The notes below the pieces were generated by a model that was not told the DNA's origin, did not search any database, and saw nothing but the letters and a program-made list of their open reading frames with translations. Position numbers and translations under genes: made by a program. This document shows, piece after piece, positions 1 through 9,214 of a stretch of DNA of 64,000 nt. The DNA is from an uncultured Poribacteria bacterium (GTDB lineage: Bacteria; Poribacteria; WGA-4E; WGA-3G): NCBI GenBank assembly GCA_958296135.2, contig CATQHZ020000001.1, forward strand, positions 1,632,001-1,696,000. The letters run 5' to 3'. Numbering within the stretch: the first letter of the stretch is position 1; each line of letters starts with the position of its first letter.

Positions 1-369
1 CCCTCGGTTAGCACGAGTTTTCCTGCTGTTGAGCATTTGCCGCCGCAAAGCGGTGCGACAGCTGCAACCGGTAACCTCGCTGCAGCCGAGAAGAAAGCAG
101 ACGATGAGTGTGTGGAGGAAGTGCAGGATACCGATTCCCTTCTCGCACTCGCTGGCACGGTGAAATGCGATTTTTCGGCTATTGAACTGGCACCAGTACC
201 ACAGATGCGGGAAGTTCCCCAAGACCCGGGACTGGCAAAACACGCTACAACTCCGCTCCTCGCGCTGGCTGGCACATTAGAATGTGATGTTACGGACATC
301 AGCGAACGCCACGACGAGTATATCGTGGACACGTTGGTGACAGAATTACGAGGAAATGATGATGAATGA
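1..369 (+). CDS. Hypothetical protein (5'-truncated by the window edge) with a duplicated antitoxin-like C-terminal motif
   Basis: Frame is open from base 1. Motif LLALAGT(V/L)xCD occurs twice. The end 'LLALAGTLECDVTDISERHDEY' resembles, from memory, small antitoxin-like proteins found upstream of PIN toxins. Confidence 0.5.
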   Translation, partial: PSVSTSFPAVEHLPPQSGATAATGNLAAAEKKADDECVEEVQDTDSLLALAGTVKCDFSAIELAPVPQMREVPQDPGLAKHATTPLLALAGTLECDVTDISERHDEYIVDTLVTELRGNDDE

Positions 370-392
370 AGCCGCCGGAGGAACAGCCTAAA

Positions 393-3300
393 ATGCCTCG
401 CATCTTCGATAACATCGGGCAGGCACTGCTGCCTGCACTCCGAGAAACGCTGAAAACCGCCACGCATGCAGACTTCTGTGTCGGCTACTTTAATCTGCGC
501 GGATGGAAGGCACTCGCCGATTCTATTGAAACATGGGATGGCGGCGAAGGACGCTGCTGCCGACTCCTCGTCGGGATGCAACGTTTGCCGCAAGAAGAAC
601 TCCGCCACGCCAAACGCCTCCGTAAACAAGACGACAGAATTGATAACCAGACTGCACTCCGTCTCAAACGGAAGTTGGCAGAAGAATTCCGGGAACAACT
701 CACTGTCGGTGTCCCGACGCGTGAGGATGAGGCAGGGCTCCGACAATTAGCACAGCAGATTCGGGACAAAAAGGTTCAGGTGAAGTTGTTCCTTCGGCAT
801 CCGCTCCACGCAAAACTCTACCTGCTTCACCGTCCCGATCCGATTACGCCGATTGTCGGCTACCTCGGCAGTAGCAACCTCACCTTTGCAGGACTCTCCA
901 AACAAGGGGAGCTCAACGTTGATGTCCTTGATGCCGACGCGTGCCAAAAGTTAAAAGATTGGTTTGACGCGCGCTGGACAGACCGGTGGTGCATCGATAT
1001 TTCTGCCGAACTGGTTGAAATTATTGAGGAGAGTTGGGCGCGCGTGGAACGCATCCCGCCGTATCACATCTACGTCAAGATGGCGTATCACCTCTCACAA
1101 GAAGCACGACTCGGATTGACAGAATTCCAGATCCCGAGCGAATTTCGGGACAAACTGTTTGAATTCCAGGCTGCGGCGGTGCAAATTGCGGCGCATCACC
1201 TCAACAGACGCGGCGGCGTGTTAATCGGCGACGTTGTCGGACTCGGCAAAACAGTGATGGGCACCGCGCTCGCGCGCATTTTTGAAGACGATTACGGGCT
1301 TGAAACGCTTATCATCTGCCCAAAGAACCTCGTCAAAATGTGGGAGGCGTATCGCGAGGAATATCACCTGCGCGGCAGCGTGCTTTCGCTGAGCCGCGTC
1401 ATCCAAGAGTTACCGAACCTGCGACGGTATCGGATTATCCTCATTGATGAAAGCCATAACCTGCGAAACCGCGAGGGAAAACGCTATCGCGCGATTCAGG
1501 AATACATCCACGAAAACGATAGCCGCGTCATCCTGCTCTCCGCAACGCCTTACAACAAAACCTACCTCGATCTCTCCAGTCAACTCCGCTTGTTTGTTGA
1601 GGAGGACCGAGACTTGGGCATCCGACCGGAACACTACCTCCGTGAGTTAGGCGGCGAGACTGAGTTCCTCCGCAAGCACCAAAGCGGCGTGCGCACGCTA
1701 CCCGCTTTTGAACAGAGCGAGCACCTTGACGATTGGCGCGAATTGATGCGTCTCTATCTCGTCCGTCGGACACGCAGTTTCATCATGGAAAACTACGCCG
1801 AGACAGATGCCGATACGGGCCGGAAGTTCCTCGCTTTTCCCGGTGGCACGCGCTCCTACTTTCCCATGCGCGTGCCAAAAACGGTGAAGTTCACCATTGA
1901 CGACGAAAATCCCGACGATACCTACGCGCAGCTATATTCGTCGCGCGTCGTCCAAATCGTTAGCAACTTGCAACTCCCGCGGTATGGACTGGCAAATTAC
2001 ATCGTTGACGCGCCAGAGGGAGCGCGGTTGAAAACCGCGCCTACCGAAGAGAAGGACTTGGAACCGCTGACACCGGCGGAGAAAACGCAATTGGACAACC
2101 TCTCCCGCGCAGGACAGCGGCTCATCGGTTTCAGCCGAACCAATCTTTTCAAGCGGCTTGAGAGTAGCGGACAGGCGTTCCTCCAATCGGTGGAACGCCA
2201 CATTCTGCGCAACTACGTCTATCTCCACGCGATTGATAACGGCGAACCGCTTCCCATCGGTGGACAAAGTAGTGAGATGCTCGATGCGCGTTTCTACGAT
2301 GAGGATGTGGATGCCGTGGAGGGAGTAGCCGACCCGGTTGATAACGAGAGTGACGTGGATATGGATAGTGCGTGCTTGGAAAGCGCGCCTACGGGACATC
2401 AGTCCGGTGAATTCAAACAGCGCGCCGCCGAAATCTATCACCTTTACACCACGAGATATAAAAGTCGGTTTAAGTGGGTGCGTTCCGAGCTCTTTCGTCC
2501 CTCTCTCCGGAAAGCACTCGCCGACGATGCAAGCGCGCTGCTCACTATCTTGCAAGACTCCGGTGTTTGGCATGCCGAAAACGACGAGAAACTCAACGCG
2601 TTGGCGGCACTCTTAACCGAGACTCATCCGAATAATAAGGTGCTGATTTTCACGCAGTTTGCGGACACGGTGCGCTATCTGAAAACGGCACTCGTGTCGC
2701 GTGGCATTTCGCGGATTGAAGGAGTAACCGGTGATTCCCCAGATCCGACTGGGGTGGCGTGGCGGTTCAGTCCTGTGAGCAATGAGAAGCGCGCCGCTGT
2801 TTCGCCACAAGAGGAGCTGCGGGTGCTCATCAGCACGGATATTTTGAGTGAAGGCCAGAATTTGCAGGACTGCGCGATTGTCGTCAACTACGATCTGCCG
2901 TGGGCAATTATCCGCCTCGTCCAACGCGCTGGGCGTGTGGACAGAATCGGGCAGACAGCTGAGCAGATTTCGTGCTATTCGTTTCTGCCGGCTGATGGCG
3001 TGGAACGCATTATCAATTTGCGCGGACGCGTCCGGGAACGCCTCCGCCAAAATTCGGAGATTGTCGGCACGGACGAGGCATTTTTTGAAGATGACGCGGA
3101 CGAGAACGCACTCTTGGCGTTGTATCACGAGCGGGCAGGTTTGCTGGACGATGAACCCGACAACGATGTCGATCTTGCCTCTTACGCGTATCAGATCTGG
3201 AAAAATGCGATGACGCGTGAGCCGCGCCTAGAACGCGTCATCCCTGAACTGCCGGCCGTCGTCTATTCAACGAAGGCGCACGATGCTGTCGAAGGCGCGC

Positions 3301-3830
3301 TTGTCTATCTGCGAACAGGCGATGGCAGCGATGCGCTCGCGTGGATAAATCGGGAAGGCAAAAGCGTCACAGAATCACAATTTGCGATTCTGCAAGCCGC
3401 TGCCTGCATGCCGAATACCGAGGCACTGCCGCCACTTGAGGAACACCACACTCTCGTGCGAGAGGGAACTGAATTGATTCTCTCTGAGGAACGTTCTGTC
3501 GGTGGCCAGTTAGGGAGGCCATCGGGCGCGAGGTTTCGGACATACCAACGGCTGCAACAGTATGCCGATGAAGTCAAAGGCACGCTATTTGATACGCCTG
3601 AATTGAAACGCGCCATTGACGACATCTATCGTTATCCGCTGCGGCAGGCTGCGACAGGCACGCTCAATCGCCAACTGCGCAGCGGTATCTCTGACGAAGC
3701 ACTCGCAAATCTTGTCCTGCTGCTGCGAGATGAGGATAGATTGTGCATTGTGCAGGGCGAACGGCAAACCGGAGAGCCGCAGATTATTTGTTCTTTGGGG
3801 CTTGCAGCGGAACCTCCCCGTGGAACGTAG
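393..3830 (+). CDS. PLD-family nuclease domain fused to a SNF2-type SF2 helicase
   Basis: HxK motif LHAKLYL plus GSSNLT..N.E (PLD); Walker A GDVVGLGKT; DESH box; SAT motif III; SEGQNLQ and QRAGRVDR C-terminal helicase motifs. GGAGG at 377-381 favours ATG 393 over 366. Confidence 0.9.
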   Translation: MPRIFDNIGQALLPALRETLKTATHADFCVGYFNLRGWKALADSIETWDGGEGRCCRLLVGMQRLPQEELRHAKRLRKQDDRIDNQTALRLKRKLAEEFREQLTVGVPTREDEAGLRQLAQQIRDKKVQVKLFLRHPLHAKLYLLHRPDPITPIVGYLGSSNLTFAGLSKQGELNVDVLDADACQKLKDWFDARWTDRWCIDISAELVEIIEESWARVERIPPYHIYVKMAYHLSQEARLGLTEFQIPSEFRDKLFEFQAAAVQIAAHHLNRRGGVLIGDVVGLGKTVMGTALARIFEDDYGLETLIICPKNLVKMWEAYREEYHLRGSVLSLSRVIQELPNLRRYRIILIDESHNLRNREGKRYRAIQEYIHENDSRVILLSATPYNKTYLDLSSQLRLFVEEDRDLGIRPEHYLRELGGETEFLRKHQSGVRTLPAFEQSEHLDDWRELMRLYLVRRTRSFIMENYAETDADTGRKFLAFPGGTRSYFPMRVPKTVKFTIDDENPDDTYAQLYSSRVVQIVSNLQLPRYGLANYIVDAPEGARLKTAPTEEKDLEPLTPAEKTQLDNLSRAGQRLIGFSRTNLFKRLESSGQAFLQSVERHILRNYVYLHAIDNGEPLPIGGQSSEMLDARFYDEDVDAVEGVADPVDNESDVDMDSACLESAPTGHQSGEFKQRAAEIYHLYTTRYKSRFKWVRSELFRPSLRKALADDASALLTILQDSGVWHAENDEKLNALAALLTETHPNNKVLIFTQFADTVRYLKTALVSRGISRIEGVTGDSPDPTGVAWRFSPVSNEKRAAVSPQEELRVLISTDILSEGQNLQDCAIVVNYDLPWAIIRLVQRAGRVDRIGQTAEQISCYSFLPADGVERIINLRGRVRERLRQNSEIVGTDEAFFEDDADENALLALYHERAGLLDDEPDNDVDLASYAYQIWKNAMTREPRLERVIPELPAVVYSTKAHDAVEGALVYLRTGDGSDALAWINREGKSVTESQFAILQAAACMPNTEALPPLEEHHTLVREGTELILSEERSVGGQLGRPSGARFRTYQRLQQYADEVKGTLFDTPELKRAIDDIYRYPLRQAATGTLNRQLRSGISDEALANLVLLLRDEDRLCIVQGERQTGEPQIICSLGLAAEPPRGT

Positions 3831-3994
3831 GGCGGGGGCCTGGCCCCCGCAGGTGCCGCGGCCGGGCGAAGGATAGGGCCTCGCGACGCGGTTTTCCTTA
3901 GAGATGTCCACCTTTTGAGTTTCCTGCGAAGCAGGGCGAGCTCAAACTACAGATGCAGGATGGCTGAATAACTATGCGCTCCGGACGAATGAAT

Positions 3995-4024
3995 TTGACA
4001 ATTAACCGCATTGCAAGGTATAAT
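3995..4024 (+). promoter_or_regulatory. Sigma70-type promoter upstream of the MTase
   Basis: TTGACA (3995-4000), 18 bp, TATAAT (4019-4024): both hexamers match consensus exactly. Confidence 0.75.
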
Positions 4025-4066
4025 CACCTATATCTCAACCGATTTTGCCATCAAGGATAACGCCAG

Positions 4067-7000
4067 ATGGACTTCAACGTCAACGAAACACGTCACTTCC
4101 TCCGCGAAGCCGATTTTCATTCGCTCTTCATCGAAGGACTCGGATGGGACAGGCACGCGCACGCCCTCACCGTCACCGTCGATGACACCGACTACGCCCT
4201 CGCCGCCCTCGCCGAAAAACGCGGCATGGTAGTCTTTCTGTGCACCACCACCGATGAAAAACAGTTGCCCGACTACGCCACGCGGCGTGCTATTCAACGG
4301 CAGGTGGCAAAAGTTGTCCACGAACACGTTATCATTTACACCGACGCTGCGAAAACTACCCAGATCTGGCAGTGGGTGAAACGCGCCCCCGGCAAACCCA
4401 ACGCTTGCCGTGAACATCGCTACCATCACGAACAAGCCGGCGACGCACTCCTCCAAAAACTGCAAACCCTTGCATTCAGTTTAGAGGAGGAAGACGGGCT
4501 GTCCCTCGTTGATGTGACGGGACGCGTCCGCGCCGCGTTTGACGTTGCCCCCGTGACAAAACGCTTTTATGAACGCTTCAAAAAGGCACACGATGTCTTC
4601 CTTCAGTTCCTCAACGGTATCCCCGATGTGGAGACGCAGAAGTGGTTTGTCTCTGTCATGCTCACTCGGCTGATGTTCATCTACTTCATCCAGAAGAAGG
4701 GGTTCCTTAACGGCGATACCGACTATCTCCGCACGAACCTCACCCGAAGCAAAGCGGCAGGCACCGACAGGTTCTACCGCGCGTTTCTCTGTCCGCTCTT
4801 CTTTGAAGGCTTCGCAAAACCGAAGGCAGACCGGACCGAGGAGACAAACCGATGCCTCGGTGATGTGCCCTATCTCAACGGTGGCATCTTCCTACTGCAT
4901 CCTATTGAGCAGCAACACGGTGACACCCTTCAGATTCCCGATGAGGCGTTCGCGCAACTCTTCACCTTCTTTGAGTCGTATCAGTGGCATCTCGATGAGC
5001 GGCCGCTGCGCAACGATAACGAGATAAACCCCGATGTTCTCGGCTATATCTTCGAGAAATACATCAACCAGAAACAGATGGGTGCCTACTACACGCAGGA
5101 GGACATCACCGACTATATCAGCAAGAATACGATAATCCCGTTCCTTTTTGACGCGGCGCGCAACTCCTGCAAAATCGCTTTTGAAGGCGATGCGAGTGTC
5201 TGGCAGCTGCTCCAAACTCACCCAGCCCGGTATATTTACGATGCCGTCAAAACGGGTGTCAAACACCCCTTACCGCCGGACATTGCCCTCGGCATTGACG
5301 ATGTCTCCCAACGCGCCGCATGGAATACGCTCGCATCGGACGCGTATGCGTTGCCGACAGAAATCTGGCGCGAAGTCGTCGCGCGGCGGCAGCGGTATGA
5401 ACGGGTGCGCGCGAAACTCGCCAACGGCGAGATAACCGACATCAACGCGCTCATCACCGAGAACCTAGACATCCGCCAATTCGCGCAAGACGTGCTCGAG
5501 CATTGCGAGGGCCCCGAACTACTCCGAGCGTTTTGGAACGCTATCACACAGGTGACAATCCTCGATCCGACGTGCGGGTCCGGCGCGTTCCTCTTCGCCG
5601 CGCTGAACATCTTGGAGCCGCTCTACGAAGCATGCCTTGAGCGGATGCAAGCCTTCGTTGATGAAGCAGATTCAGTCTCGCGTCCCGGTAGGAGAGACCT
5701 CCCGGTCTCGCCGCCCCATGCTCGCCGCTCCCAAAGATACAGCAACTTCCGCAAAGTCCTCGGACGCATCGCGCAGCACCCGAACCGCCGCTATTTCATC
5801 CTCAAGTCAATCATTATCAATAACCTCTACGGCGTGGATATTATGGACGAGGCAGTCGAGATTTGCAAACTCCGCCTCTTCCTCAAAATGGTGGCGCAGA
5901 TCGATGACGTGAACCAGATCGAACCGCTGCCAGACATTGACTTCAACGTGCGGGCCGGCAACACGCTTGTCGGCTATGCCACCTACGACGAGGTGGAAAA
6001 GGCCGTCACGGGAAAGTTTGATTTTGACGACACGATGACGCGCATCCGTGAACGCGCCGAGGACGTTGAGGCACTCTTCTCTCTCTTTCGTCAGCAACAG
6101 ACAAAACTGGGCGGCGATGTAACGCTGGCGAACAAACAGGCGTTGCAGGAGAAACTGGCAGAGTTATCCGACGAATTGAACGGTTACCTTGCAGGGGAAT
6201 ATGGGATTGATACGAACAACGCAGGTGCGTATCAGCGGTGGCTTTCGTCGCATCAACCGTTCCACTGGTTCATCGCGTTTTACGGCATTCTCAAAGAGGG
6301 TGGGTTTGACGTGGTTATCGGCAATCCGCCGTATGTGGAATATAGCAAGGTGAAGAAGAATTACACGATTCGGGGTTACGAAACCGAGCGTTGCGGGAAT
6401 CTCTACGCGTTTGTTATGGAGCGAGGAGCGTGCCTTAATTCGGGAAGAACCGGTTGGATAGTCCCTATCTCTTGGGTTTCTACCAACAGAATGGCTGCCG
6501 CCCGTCATATTATTGCCCAGTCGCATCCTGCGCTCTGGATAAATAATCACGCGGACCGCCCAGGATCATTGTTTGTTGGTGTGCACCAAAAACTTACTAT
6601 TGCTCTTTGTGCCAAAGGGATCCCTGCCATTCACACAACTGGATTTTGCCGGTGCTACTCGAAAGAGGGAGGAAGGAATCATTTGTTTACCACCCTTGCT
6701 TATTCCTCTTTGGACTGGGAGGGCGAAATCATACGAAAATTCTCGGATGAGGTTGAAGCGGCTATATGCCGCAAAGTTGTCCAAAAATCCAACCCGATAA
6801 CTTCAACATTCACATCCTCGCAAAAGGCAAAGGATGCTGATGCATTTCATTTGAATCAGCGGCTGATGATGTGGGTAAAGTGCTTCCTTGCCCCCAAGAA
6901 GTCAAAAGAGTTTCGGACATTCTATCCGATTAAGGGATTTTCGGCAAAGGAGTTGTCTGCTGTCTTGAATTCCACTCTGTTCTTCTGGTTCTGGGAGACA

Positions 7001-7306
7001 AAGGGCGATTGTTGGCACTTGACGAAAGGAGACCTGGATGCTTTCCACATCGACCTAGGTCAATGCGCTGATGCGAACAGGAAATCTCTGATTCGCTTAG
7101 CTGACACCTTGGAACGCCACTTAGAAGAAAACAAGGAATATGTTGGCACGAAGCAAACCGATTACGAGTATTATCACAAGAAGTCAAAGCACATTATTGA
7201 TGAAATCGACCGCGTTCTCGCTGAACACTACGGGTTCACAGACGAGGAGGTAGACTTCATCATCAATTACGCTATTAAATATCGGATGGGGCTCGGCAAT
7301 GCCTGA
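4067..7306 (+). CDS. Large N6-adenine DNA methyltransferase (Eco57I/type IIG-like, gamma motif order) with C-terminal target-recognition region
   Basis: YLNGGIF, GAYYT, motif I DPTCGSGAF, YGVDI, GNTL, motif IV GNPPY. Confidence 0.9.
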   Translation: MDFNVNETRHFLREADFHSLFIEGLGWDRHAHALTVTVDDTDYALAALAEKRGMVVFLCTTTDEKQLPDYATRRAIQRQVAKVVHEHVIIYTDAAKTTQIWQWVKRAPGKPNACREHRYHHEQAGDALLQKLQTLAFSLEEEDGLSLVDVTGRVRAAFDVAPVTKRFYERFKKAHDVFLQFLNGIPDVETQKWFVSVMLTRLMFIYFIQKKGFLNGDTDYLRTNLTRSKAAGTDRFYRAFLCPLFFEGFAKPKADRTEETNRCLGDVPYLNGGIFLLHPIEQQHGDTLQIPDEAFAQLFTFFESYQWHLDERPLRNDNEINPDVLGYIFEKYINQKQMGAYYTQEDITDYISKNTIIPFLFDAARNSCKIAFEGDASVWQLLQTHPARYIYDAVKTGVKHPLPPDIALGIDDVSQRAAWNTLASDAYALPTEIWREVVARRQRYERVRAKLANGEITDINALITENLDIRQFAQDVLEHCEGPELLRAFWNAITQVTILDPTCGSGAFLFAALNILEPLYEACLERMQAFVDEADSVSRPGRRDLPVSPPHARRSQRYSNFRKVLGRIAQHPNRRYFILKSIIINNLYGVDIMDEAVEICKLRLFLKMVAQIDDVNQIEPLPDIDFNVRAGNTLVGYATYDEVEKAVTGKFDFDDTMTRIRERAEDVEALFSLFRQQQTKLGGDVTLANKQALQEKLAELSDELNGYLAGEYGIDTNNAGAYQRWLSSHQPFHWFIAFYGILKEGGFDVVIGNPPYVEYSKVKKNYTIRGYETERCGNLYAFVMERGACLNSGRTGWIVPISWVSTNRMAAARHIIAQSHPALWINNHADRPGSLFVGVHQKLTIALCAKGIPAIHTTGFCRCYSKEGGRNHLFTTLAYSSLDWEGEIIRKFSDEVEAAICRKVVQKSNPITSTFTSSQKAKDADAFHLNQRLMMWVKCFLAPKKSKEFRTFYPIKGFSAKELSAVLNSTLFFWFWETKGDCWHLTKGDLDAFHIDLGQCADANRKSLIRLADTLERHLEENKEYVGTKQTDYEYYHKKSKHIIDEIDRVLAEHYGFTDEEVDFIINYAIKYRMGLGNA

Positions 7307-7922
7307 TTTACTGGAACGGATTTCACGCGATGCCGTGAACTATCCGGAAGCGTTGCATCGCTATTTGCAGGCGGATGCCCCTGAAAATATCTGGGCGCGA
7401 GGGAACCTCGGCTTGCTGGAGAGCGAGGGTTTATGGGCATTGTTCTGTTCTAGCAAATGTCCCGGTGCGGTGATCTTGGAAACGCATGAGTTGGCGCAGC
7501 GGTTCAAGGATGCGGGTATGCCGACTATCGGCGGGTATCATTCGCCGGTTGAGCAGGAGTGTCTTCGGGTATTGCTGCGCGGTTCGCAACCGATTATTTT
7601 ATGTCCTGCGCGAGGTATTGAAAGGATGCGTCTGAAATCGGAGTGGCGGCAGGCGTTTGTGGATGAGAGGCTGTTAATCGTCTCCATGTTTGGCAGCAAC
7701 CATCGGCGAACGACGTTGGGATTGGCGCGTCGTCGGAATCTTTTCGTCGCGGCGTTAGCGGACAAAATATGCATTGCGCATGCTTCGGCGGGGAGTCAGA
7801 CGTTGGCGTTTGCGCGTCAGGTATTGGCGTGGGACAAGCCGGTCTTCACGTTTGATGTGGCGGCGAATGGGTTGCTTTTGGAGTTTGGGGCAGAACCGTT
7901 TCGCGCTCTTTATCCCGCGTAG
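7299..7922 (+). CDS. DprA/SMF-like (SLOG Rossmann fold) protein, short form
   Basis: IWARGN, ALFCSSKCPG, IGGYHSPVE, RRNLFVAALAD motifs. Overlaps the MTase stop. No C-terminal winged helix. Confidence 0.75.
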   Translation: MPDLLERISRDAVNYPEALHRYLQADAPENIWARGNLGLLESEGLWALFCSSKCPGAVILETHELAQRFKDAGMPTIGGYHSPVEQECLRVLLRGSQPIILCPARGIERMRLKSEWRQAFVDERLLIVSMFGSNHRRTTLGLARRRNLFVAALADKICIAHASAGSQTLAFARQVLAWDKPVFTFDVAANGLLLEFGAEPFRALYPA

Positions 7923-8006
7923 GTTGGGCTTGCTGGTTTCCCTACAGAGGGAGAGCAAAGATCCAACTTTAGGTCCCCTAGGTCCTGAATGGCTAGAGGC
8001 GGAAAA

Positions 8007-8756
8007 ATGACACTCAACATTATGGTATTAACCCCGGGGGCATTCCGCGACTGGGCCCTCCCTTTTGTGGCGGATTCGCTGTTTGCCTCCCGTGAGCGGA
8101 TGGTTGCCCTGCTCGCGCAAGGTGCCAATAGGGAAAAGTTGGAAGCAGAATTTCGCGAGTTTTTTGAGGAATATTGTGGGCTCGCCTTTCTATTTGAGGA
8201 GCCCGAAAAATCGCTGCTCGTTACTCTTGATGAGTGCGCGGCGTTTTCGCATCTCAACTATCGCGTGAAAAACGTTGAAGCGCAGCGGCAGACTTCGCCT
8301 GCAGGACGCATCGCACGGCGAACCGGCGGCGGGATTATCAACGATCCGTCCCCCGAAATAAAGGTGGCAGCGTTATCGGATGCCGACTTCCGCGCCTTAA
8401 TGGAAACGCTCGTGAGTTGGCCACTCTTTGCCGCGCGTAAACGGGTGGTTAAGTTGCTCGACGCGGAATCAGACCTGGGTGGGAACCCCGGGTCGCTAGC
8501 GAGCACTCAGTTTCCATCGGCTTCTGTGGAGACGCGCGGACAATCGGCGTTCCTTGAATTTTTCGTGTGCTATTTGGAACTAGAGCAGTTTCTGGAAGAT
8601 TACGATTACGACCCGGACGAAGGCTTGGAGTTGCGGCAAGAAGTCGCCGAAAGACTAGAACGTAGTGCAGCCGCGGTCGAGGCGGGAACGGCAGACCTGA
8701 TTCCGCTTGCAGAGGTCGCGAAAGAGCTCGGGATCGAACTGCAATGTACACGTTAA
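8007..8756 (+). CDS. Putative antitoxin: two tandem helical repeats plus a RelB-like C-terminal tail
   Basis: C-terminus DPDEGLELRQEVAERL...IPLAEVAKELGIE is typical of RelE partners. Overlaps the relE start. Alternative start at 7989. Confidence 0.55.
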   Translation: MTLNIMVLTPGAFRDWALPFVADSLFASRERMVALLAQGANREKLEAEFREFFEEYCGLAFLFEEPEKSLLVTLDECAAFSHLNYRVKNVEAQRQTSPAGRIARRTGGGIINDPSPEIKVAALSDADFRALMETLVSWPLFAARKRVVKLLDAESDLGGNPGSLASTQFPSASVETRGQSAFLEFFVCYLELEQFLEDYDYDPDEGLELRQEVAERLERSAAAVEAGTADLIPLAEVAKELGIELQCTR

Positions 8757-9001
8757 GGTTAGAACGCCAGGCCCGTAAGGATTTACAGCGTTTGGATGCC
8801 ACCATCCAAAGGCAAATCTTTGACAAACTGGAGTGGTTGTGCGAAAATTGCCGCAGCTACAAGCACAAGCCGTTGAAAGGGCCACTTCGCGGAAAGTATT
8901 CTTACCGAGCAGCAGGGGATTATCGTGCACTCTATAACGTCAACAAGGACACCCGAGAAATAGTTGTCTACGAGATCGGACATCGGAGTAGCATCTATTA
9001 A
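8744..9001 (+). CDS. relE: RelE/ParE family toxin
   Basis: 85 aa, basic; ARKDLQRLD, KPLKG, YSYRAAGDYRALY, IGHRSSIY. Confidence 0.9.
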   Translation: MYTLRLERQARKDLQRLDATIQRQIFDKLEWLCENCRSYKHKPLKGPLRGKYSYRAAGDYRALYNVNKDTREIVVYEIGHRSSIY

Positions 9002-9112
9002 AACGAGATACGAATTAGGGTGATTCAGTTTTCCCGATCTGTAGGTTGAAATCAGGACATCGGATTTTCACCGTCGACTGGTGATAAAATAGTTCTGGTG
9101 CAGAAGTGCCCC

Positions 9113-9172
9113 GTAGGCGCGGTTTGCAACCGCGCACATCCACCCGTAGGCGCGCTTGCAAAGCACGCCTAC
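9113..9172. repeat. Two copies of the 27-bp GTAG palindrome (family A, GTAGGCGCGGTTTGCAACCGCGCCTAC)
   Basis: Copies at 9113 and 9146. Relatives at 16787-16813, 21205-21231, 27526-27549, 34761-34783, 46164-46185 and 57179-57205. Confidence 0.85.
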
Positions 9173-9214
9173 AGGATAGGTTCGGCATAATTCAGGCAAA
9201 GAGGAGGAACAATC

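Noticed and set aside
393-7306. Complete DISARM or BREX system
   Set aside because: No drmA/drmB (DUF1998), pglZ or brxC in the window.
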